64,000 bases of DNA from Dendrobates tinctorius (Eukaryota). A program made the translations under genes and the position numbers. The stretch covers positions 3,410,001 to 3,474,000 of the forward strand of contig NW_027361899.1 in the NCBI RefSeq assembly GCF_039654945.1, given 5' to 3'. Below, in pieces: positions 52,305 to 61,877 of the stretch (positions within the stretch are counted from its first letter, which is position 1; every line of letters starts with the position of its first letter). The notes under the pieces are model-generated. The model had not been told where the DNA came from and made no database searches. It was given only the letters and a program-made list of their open reading frames with translations.

Positions 52305-54519
52305 CATCAAGACTGGCAAAGAAGAGCATCTTGCTTTACAGTCTGCTGTGAAGTTGAATGTTACTGTATTATCAGTTTTAGCTGGAGCTTTCATGAATGT
52401 GTCCATTTCTACTGCACCGCCTGAGCCTAGATAAGCAGAATTCACACAAGTGATAGTACATACATAAGTGCGATGGTAGATCCAATCTCACATGTACGAT
52501 GTGGAGTAATACATACAAGTCATAGCTTTGGGTAATCTCTGCTCTGGCTCCTGTTAGGGTGAAGGAGTCATCCCATCAGTGACAGCTGTCTGTACTCAAT
52601 ATATGGAATATTGCAACCGGAAATCCATGTTAATAATTCCTGAGCCTGTTCCGAGCCTGACATCAATCTCCCAGCTGTGAGACTGACAGGCGAGAGCTAA
52701 TGGCAAGGATGAAGTGTGAGCATGATGCTGCCATGAACAGCCGGGTGTGTCTGTGGTGACAGCGTCCATCAATATGGAGACAACTAGATGTGACGCCGGG
52801 TCTAGATATAAGGACCGACATCAACCTTAGAAGAAGCACCCTTCACCCAACGCAATCATCTGTGGAGCCGGACGGGAATGGTGAAGGCTGCACAGGGCCG
52901 GTATTACCCATGGGTAAGAGGAGGAGGTATAGTGTGAAGCCTGATGGCCCGGATGGAAAATCACAAGCCCATTCATAGAACCTCAGGAAGTGGATCACCC
53001 CACTCACCGAGAGCAAGGAAAGTGGATCACCCCACTCACTGAGAGCAAGGAAGTGAGCACCCCAATCACCGAGAGCAGGAAAGTGAGCACCCTGATCACT
53101 GATCGCTAGAAAGTGGATCACCCCATTCAGAGTAGGAAAGTGGGTCATCCCATTCACTGAGAGCAGGGAAGTGGATCACCCCTGTCATGATCCACCGCTG
53201 CCACCAATATGTCACGATCCCACCACTGACACGGGTATGTCAGCGGACGGAGGGATGCGACACACTGCCAACACACGGCTATCACAGGCACAGTGGGGCT
53301 TATCTTAGTTATCTCACCACTGGCACCATGTGACCAAAACACAGCAAGCTAATCTCGCTCTAACAATTTATCGCAGGGGGGGTATTTTGGATGCCCCACC
53401 ACTGATAACAACCTTCCAAGAACTGCGGGGATTTATGGATATCCCACTTTCTCAGTTCCACTTTGGAACTCGCAGCTCTTAGGCGCCCCCCTTTACCCTC
53501 AAGTCAGTCAGGGAACTACACCTGGGATAATTGGTCACCGGCCGGTTGCTTCAATGAGGTCTGGCCGCAAAGCACGCTGCAGTGAGGGAATTATAAACAC
53601 TCTGGCCGCAGCCACCCAATTAGCTTATAAAGTCCCCTTCCGTCACAGCCAGCAGTGCCTGGGGTCCAAATCACACTTCGCTGCCACCAGCTACGATTTA
53701 CTTAATCAATGAGTTAATTAAGAGGGTCCATAGCAAACCCCCAAATTAGTAGCAATTATCTTAAAGGCACGTGTTCGCTTCTTAGAGCATGGAGACAGAG
53801 CTAATAAATTTACGGTTTATTCCCCAAAGTGGGGCAGTGATTACACAGGTAAAAGTTGTTACAAAGTTGAGACCTTAGATATGTACATTGCAAATATAAA
53901 ATAACAAGGATTAAAAAAACAGAGATTAACACTTACATGTGCTTAGTTAGTATTAGGCAAACCATGTGGCCGGGGGAGGGGCAGCAGTCACACGTCCCTC
54001 TGCATCTTGTCAGCACAGACTCTGCAGCTTAACTGGGCTGTTTGTCGACTAGCATCCCTTATGGCCTCTGCTGTGTTACATCACAAAAGGGGCCGGCTGG
54101 AGAGGGTCTGCCCCCCTACTCTCTAAGTTGCAATTGGTATCATTTTTCCCCGTTTATCGAGTACAATAAAACAAGATCAAACATACAGTAGTTGTGACAC
54201 ACCGTTTGGGAGTAATCCATATCTCAGTTTCTGGAGGTGTTAGAACTTCGCAAGAGCCACCATAGCAAAGCCGGGTCGGCGCAGACTACAGAAATGTCCG
54301 TTTCATTTTTCTCTTGCGACCGGAGCCCGTGCTAGGCGTATTTTAATATCTCTCATTCATATGCTTGCCCCGCATGGTTCAAACAAAGCCATTCTTTCAC
54401 TTAGCTAATCAACATTCCTTAGCTACTCAGGAAATGGCCGGTGTCCTATAACCAGCATGCAGAGGACACATACACACAGCTGTTAAAGAGGGGGGAGAGG
54501 ATCACATTTGCACCTGTGA

Positions 54520-55093
54520 AAAATGATGATGAATGAACTCATGGAGATCAACATCCAACACTGCGGAGACACCATCACGTTTCTCAACGCAGTGATTCTA
54601 GAGCAATGCCCCCATCCCTTAGGGGAAATATGCAAAAACATGCAAAACACAAGCCGCGGAGACACCATCACATGTTTCTCAACGCAAGCAATGACTAGCC
54701 AGGTCTTTCCCCGGGAAGGAACAACCACGGGAAGGGCAGTCTCCAATGAAGGAACCCACCTATGCCAAAACATGGTATCCGTCCACAGACAGCGTTGAGA
54801 AACATGTGATGGTGTCTCCGCAGTGTGGGATGTTGATCTCCATGAGTTCATTCATCCTCATTTTTCACAGTCTTTTTACTAGGCATTGCTCCTACCAGCC
54901 AGTTTCCTACTCCACACTGATGAGGGGCAATACCCAGAAACAGCTGTCTGTGGATGGATACCATCTTTTGGCATAGGTGGATTCCTTCATTGGAGACTGC
55001 CCTTCCCGTGGTTGTTCCTTCCTGGGGAAAGACCTGGCTAGTCATTGCTTGCGTTGAGAAACATGTGATGTGTCTCCGCGGCTTGTGTTTTTA
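54520..55093 (+). mobile_element. Hammerhead-containing non-coding retroelement (retrozyme-like or Penelope pLTR-like) with inverted 5' half
   Basis: 17-bp TSD cacatttgca(c/g)ctgtga at 54503-54519 and 55094-55110. Interleaved inverted blocks 54514-54590/54792-54870 and 54644-54793/54943-55091. Confidence 0.8.
54905..54959 (+). ncRNA. Type I hammerhead ribozyme fold with palindromic stem III
   Basis: tccaca-CTGATGA-gggg caata ccca-GAAA-cagctg-TC^-tgtgga. All core boxes present; predicted GUC cleavage after 54948. The stem II closing pair is G.A instead of G-C. Confidence 0.8.
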
Positions 55094-55554
55094 CACATTT
55101 GCAGCTGTGACAGGCTGATTTTCTTATAGAATGGAATATTCTGGAAGGTTCCAGCAAAATCATACTTTACAGACATATCTTACATTACAACCTTATTCAC
55201 TGAGAGCAGGAAAGTGGATCACCCAATTCACTGAGAGCAGGGAAGTGGATCACCCAATTCACTGAGGACAGGAAAGTGGATCACCCAATTCACTGAGAGC
55301 AGCGAAGTAAACTGTCCCAGTTGCTGTTCCTTAACTGTGTGACAACAGGGAAATAGATCACTCACATCTCAGTCCTTCCACTGAATATGAACCTTGAGAA
55401 AACCATGCTGTAGTTCATCCTTTAACTACAAGAGGGGGTTAGACTACCCCCATTGCGGTCTCCCTACATACTGACAGCAAGAGAGTAAAAATACCCCAAT
55501 GTACAATCTCTAATGAGTTACAACAGGAGGGTGAGCTACAAATCTGTGGTCCCT

Positions 55555-58500
55555 GCAATGACTGACAGCAGGATAGTAGACTATCCTCATTGCAGTCCTA
55601 AAAATGACTGACAGCAGGAGACTAGATAACCCCCACTGCATTCCCTCCTATGACTGAGAGCAGGAGAGTAGACAATATCCATTGCCATCCTTTCAATTAC
55701 TAACAGCAGAAGAGCAGCCTGCAGTCCCTCCAGTGACTGACAGCAGCAGAGTAGACCACCCCAAATGCTGTTCTCCAATGACTGACAGCAGCAGAGTAGA
55801 CCACCCCAAATGCTGTTCTCCAATGACTGAGAGCAGGAGAGTAGACCAACCCAATGCTGTTCTCCAATGACTGAAAGCAGCAGAGTAGACCACCCCAATG
55901 CTGTTCTCCAATGACTGAGAGCAAGAGAGTAGACCACCCCAATGCTGTTCTCCAGTGACTGACAGCAGCAGAGTAGACCACCCAAAATGCTGTTCTCCAA
56001 TGACTGAGAGCAGCAGAGTAGACCACCCCAAAAGCTGTTCTCCAATGACTTGAGCAGCAGAGTAGACTACCCCAATCCTGTTCTCCAATGACTGAGAGCA
56101 AGAGAGTAGACCACCCCAATGCTGTTCTCCAATGACTGAGAGCAAGAGAGTAGACCACCCCAAATGCTGTTCTCCAATAACTGAGAGCAGGAGAGTGGAA
56201 CACCCCAAATGCTGTTCTCGAATGACTGAGAGCAGGAGAGTGGAACACCCCAAATGCTGTTCTCCAATGACTGAGAGCAGGAGAGTAAACCACTCCAATG
56301 CTGTTCTCCAATGACTGAGAGCAGGAGAGTAGACCACCCTAATGCTATTCTCCAATGACTGAGAGCAGGAGAGTAGACCACACCAATGCTGTTCTCCAAT
56401 GACTGAGAGCAGGAGAGTAGACCACCCCAATGCTATTCTCCATTGAATGAGAGCAGGAGAGTAGACCACCCCAATGCTGTTCTCCAATGACTGAGAGCAG
56501 GAGAGTAGACCACCCTAATGCTATTCTCCAATGACTGAGAGCAGGAGAGTAGACCACCCCAATGCTGTTCTCCAATGACTGAGAGCAGGAGAGTAGACCA
56601 CCCTTATGCTATTCTCCAATGACTGAGAGCAGGAGAGTAGACCACCCCAATGCTATTCTCCAATGACTGAGAGCAGGAGAGTAGACCACCCCAATGCTAT
56701 TCTCCAATGACTGAGAGCAGGAGAGTAGACCACCCCAATGCTATTCTCCAATGACTGAGAGCAGGAGAGTAGACCACCCCAATGCTATTCTCCAATGACT
56801 GAGAGCAGGAGAGTAGACCACCCCAATGCTATTCTCCAATGACTGAGAGCAGGAGAGTAGACCACCCCAATGCTATTCTCCAATGACTGAGAGCGGGAGA
56901 GTAGACCACCCCAATGCTGTTCTCCAATGACTGAGCAGGAGAGTAGACCACCCCAATGCTGTTCTCCAATGACTGACAGCAGCAGAGTAGACCACCCCAA
57001 TGCTGTTCTCCAATGACTGACAGCAGCAGAGTAGACCACCCCAAATGCTGTTCTCCAATGACTGAGAGCAAGAGAGTAGACCACCCCAATGCTGTTCTCC
57101 AATGACTGAGAGCAGGAGAGTAGACCACCCCAATGATGTTCTCCAATGACTGACAGCAGCAGAGTAGACCATCCCAAATGCTGTTCTCCAATGACTGAGA
57201 GCAAGAGAGTAGACCACCTCAATGCTGTTCTCCAATGACTGAGAGCAAGAGAGTAGACCACCCCAAATGCTGTTTTCCAATGACTGAGAGCAGCAGAGTA
57301 GACCACCCCAATGCTGTTCTCCAATGACTGACAGCAGCAGAGTAGACCACCCCAAATGCTGTTCTCCAATGGCTGAGAGCAAGAGAGTAGGCCACCCCAA
57401 TGCTGTTCTCCAATGACTGAGAGCAAGAGAGTAGACCACCCCAAATGCTGTTCTCCAATGACTGAGAGCAAGAGAGTAGACCACCCCAATGCTGTTCTCC
57501 AATGACTGAGAGCAAGAGAGTAGACCACCCCAAATGCTGTTCTCCAATGACTGAGAGCAAGAGAGTAGACCACCCCAAATGCTGTTCTCCAATGACTGAG
57601 AGCAGGAGAGTAGACCACTCCAATGCTGTTCTCCAATGACTGAGAGCAGGAGAGTAGACCACCCTAATGCTATTCTCCAATGACTGAGAGCAGGAGAGTA
57701 GACCACCCCAATGCTATTCTCCAATGACTGAGAGCAGGAGAGTAGACCACCCCAATGCTGTTCTCCAATGACTTCAGCAGCAGAGTAGACTACCCCAATC
57801 CTGTTCTCCAATGACTGAGAGCAAGAGAGTAGACCACCCCAATGCTGTTCTCCAATGACTGAGAGCAAGAGAGTAGACCACCCCAATCCTGTTCTCCAAT
57901 GACTGAGAGCAGCAGAGTAGACCACCCCAATGCTGTTCTCCAATGACTGACAGCAGCAGAGTAGACCACCCCAATGCTGTTCTACAATGACTGAGAGCAA
58001 GAGAGTAGACCACCCCAAATGCTGTTCTCCAATGACTGAGAGCAGGAGAGTGGAACACCCCAAATGCTGTTCTCCAATGACTGAGAGCAGGAGAGTAGAC
58101 CACTCCAATGCTGTTCTCCAATGACTGAGAGCAGGAGAGTAGACCACCCTAATGCTATTCTCCAATGACTGAGAGCAGGAGAGTAGACCACCCCAATGCT
58201 GTTCTCCAATGACTGAGAGCAGGAGAGTAGACCACCCCAATGCTATTCTCCAATGACTGAGAGCAGGAGAGTAGACCACCCCAATGCTGTTCTCCAATGA
58301 CTGAGAGCAGGAGAGTAGACCACCCTAATGCTATTCTCCAATGACTGAGAGCAGAAGAGTAGACCACCCCAATGCTGTTCTCCAATGACTGAGAGCAGGA
58401 GAGTAGACCACCCCAATGCTATTCTCCAATGACTGAGAGCGGGCGAGTAGACCACCCCAATGCTGTTCTCCAATGACTGAGAGCAGCAGAGTAGACTACC

Positions 58501-59056
58501 CTAATGCTGTTCTCCAATGACTGAGAGCAGCAGAGTAGACCACCCCAATGCTGTTCTCCAATGACTGAGAGCAGCAGAGTAGACCACCCCAATGCTGTTC
58601 TCCAATGACTGAGAGCAGGAGAGTAGACCACCCCAATGCTGTTCTCCAATGACTGACAGCAGCAGAGTAGACCATCCCAAATGCTGTTCTCCAATGACTG
58701 AGAGCAGCAGAGTAGACCACCCCAATGCTATTCTCCAATGACTGAGAGCAGGAGAGTAGACCAACCCAATGCTATTCTCCAATGACTGAGAGCGGGAGAG
58801 TAGACCACCCCAATGCTGTTCTCCAATGACTGACAGCAGCAGAGTAGACCATCCCAAATGCTGTTCTCCAATGACTGAGAGCAGCAGAGTAGACCACCCC
58901 AATGCTGTTCTCCAATGACTGAGAGCAGGAGAGTAGACCACCCCAATGCTATTCTCCAATGACTGAGAGCGGGAGAGTAGACCACCCCAATGCTGTTCTC
59001 CAATGACTGAGAGCAGGAGAGTAGACCACCCTAATGCTGTTCTCCAATGACTGTCA
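55555..59056. repeat. 44/45-bp satellite, about 75 copies
   Basis: Unit ccaatgactgagagcaggagagtagaccaccccaatgctgttct. Confidence 0.95.
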
Positions 59057-59859
59057 GCCGAGACGTAGGACCCGCACAATTCCAATCCCTCCACCTTCTG
59101 ATACTTGGGAGTATCGTCCACTCCATCAGATTCCCTCCGCAGAGTGACAGCAGGAGAGCAGATCGTCAAAATCCCATCACTAATTAAAAGAAGAGAATCA
59201 CAGACCGGTTTTATGCTAATCCTGTCTCTTCACAATTAGTAGAGTTGTCATATTATTGCTCTCATTGATTTGTTTGACCCCAGACTGATACCGAGGGAAG
59301 TGGTGCAGCTGATGAAGGTTCCGCACCAGGGGGGAGCATCTGAGCTCGATCCCGCCTCATTAGTGTTTACCCCCCAGTTAGATTAAAGTACCTTACTTTA
59401 CTTAATGCCAAACAACACAGTAAAAAATCCATCTTGATAAGAGTTGTCTTTTAAGATCTGTCAAGCAGCTTGTTACACAGCAGATCCCCCCGACGACTCC
59501 ATACAATAACTGTGTATCTTATAGCGGGGCTTGTGGGGAAACTTCACAAGATTATTATGCAAATTGCCTATAATGCAGCTGGCATGGAGTGTTCCCTAAA
59601 GGAGCCGACATAACCCAGGCAGAATACATAATGCTGCTCCTGCAAGAAGCTGCTCCGGATTAACCCTGTGGAAGGAGGAGAGAACACCTGACAGCTGGGA
59701 CATCAAGAATCTCCAGCACAAAGTCATAGAACCAGAGAACCGAAGAGCTGAGGTGCATATCGACCCCAAAACCTGACAGGAGAGGGAAAACCAGAAAATA
59801 CTAGGTCTGATAACAGTGTAATAGCAATAAGTCATACAATAACTGGAGAACCACTGTCC

Positions 59860-61877
59860 TTACTGCCCCTACGGACAAGTATAAAACCAATATAATACTT
59901 CCCCTATGTACAAGAATATAGCTACTATAATACTGCCTCTATGTACAAGAATATAACTACTATAATACTGCCCCTATGTACAAGAATATAACTACTATAA
60001 TACTGCCCCCTATGTACAAGAATATAACTACTATAATACTGCTCCTATGTACAAGAATATAACTACTATAATACTGCCCCTATGTACAAGAATATAAGTA
60101 TTATAATACTGCCCCTATGTACAAGAATATAACTACTATAATACTGCTCCTATGTACAAGAATATAACTATTATAATACTGCCCCCTATGTACAAGAATA
60201 TAACTACTATAATACTGCCCCTATGTACAAGAATATAACTACTATAATACTGCTCCCTATGTACAAGAATATAACTACTATAATACTGCCTCCTATGTAT
60301 AAGAATATAAGTACTATAATACTGCTCCTATGTACAAGAATATAACTACTATGATACTGCCCCTATGTATAAGAATATAAGTACTATAATACTGCTCCTA
60401 TGTACAAGAATATAACTACTATGATACTGCCCCTATGTACAAGAATATAACTACTATAATACTGCCCCTATGTATAAGAATATAAGTACTATAATACTGC
60501 TCCTATGTACAAGAATATAACTACTATGATACTGCCCCTATGTACAAGAATATAACTACTATAATACTGCCACTATGTACAAGAATATAACTACTATAAT
60601 ACTGCCCCTATGTACAAGAATAAAACTACTATAATACTGCCCCTATGTACAAGAATATAACTACTATAATACTGCTCCTATGTACAAGAATATAACTACT
60701 ATAATACTGCCCCTATGTACAAGAATATAAGTATTATAATACTGCCCCTATGTACAAGAATATAACTACTATAATACTGCTCCTATGTACAAGAATATAA
60801 CTACTATAATACTGCCCCTATGTACAAGAATAAAACTACTATAATACTGCCACTATGTACAAGAATATAACTACTATAATACTGCCCCTATGTACAAGAA
60901 TAAAACTACTATAATACTGCCCCTATGTACAAGAATAAAACTACTATAATACTGCCCCTATGTATAAGAATATAAGTACTATAATACTGCCCCTATGTAC
61001 AAGAATATAACTACTATAATACTGCTCCTATGTACAAGAATATAACTACTATAATACTGCTCCTATGTACAAGAATATAACTACTATAATACTGCCCCTA
61101 TATACAAGAATATAACTACTATAATACTGCCCCTATGTACAGGAATATAACTACTATAATACTGCCACTATGTACAAGAATATAACTACTATAATACTGC
61201 CCCTATGTACAAGAATAAAACTACTATAATACTGCCCCTAAGTACAAGAATATAACTACTATAACACTATCCCTATGTATAAGAATATAAGTACTATAAT
61301 ACTGCCCCTATGTACCAGAATATAACTACTATAATACTGCCCCTATGTACCAGAATATAACTACTATAATACTGCTCCTATGTACAAGAATATAACTGCT
61401 ATAATACTGCCCCCTATGTACAAGAATATAACTACTATAATACTGCCCCCTATGTACAAGAATATAACTACTATAATACTGCTCCTATGTACAAGAATAT
61501 AACTACTATAATACTGCCCCCTATGTACAAGAATATAACTCCTACAATACTGCCCCTATGTACAAGAATATAACTGCTATAATACTGCTCCCTATGTACA
61601 AGAATATAACTACTATAATACTGCCCCTATGTACAAGAATATAACTACTATAATACTGCCCCTATGTACAAGAATATAACTACTATAATACTGCCCCTAT
61701 GTACAAGAATATAACTAATATAATACTGCCCCCTATGTACAAGAATATAACTCCTACAATACTGCCCCTATGTACAAGAATATAACTGCTATAATACTGC
61801 TCCCTATGTACAAGAATATAATTACTATAATACTGCCCCAATATACAAGAATATAACTACTATAATACTGCCTCCTA
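59860..61877 (-). repeat. Second array of the 35-bp satellite, inverted relative to 26-34.5 kb
   Basis: Unit cctatgtacaagaatataactactataatactgc is the reverse complement of the 26-34.5 kb unit. Confidence 0.96.

Larger units (their letters stand above)
53183..55189 (-). mobile_element. Probable solo LTR-like insertion (~1.4 kb after removing the nested element)
   Basis: Interrupts a minisatellite unit; termini TGTCATG...CATTACA (6/7 inverted); AATAAA on the minus strand near 53818. TSD is degenerate (acccc/acctt). Confidence 0.5.
52985..55310. repeat. ~32-bp minisatellite split by a 2-kb insertion
   Basis: Unit cactgagagcaggaaagtggatcaccccaYt at 52985-53182 and 55190-55310. Confidence 0.8.

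Noticed and set aside
55587-59169. Repetitive ORFs (ENSIGVVYS...)
   Set aside because: Translations of the 44-bp satellite.
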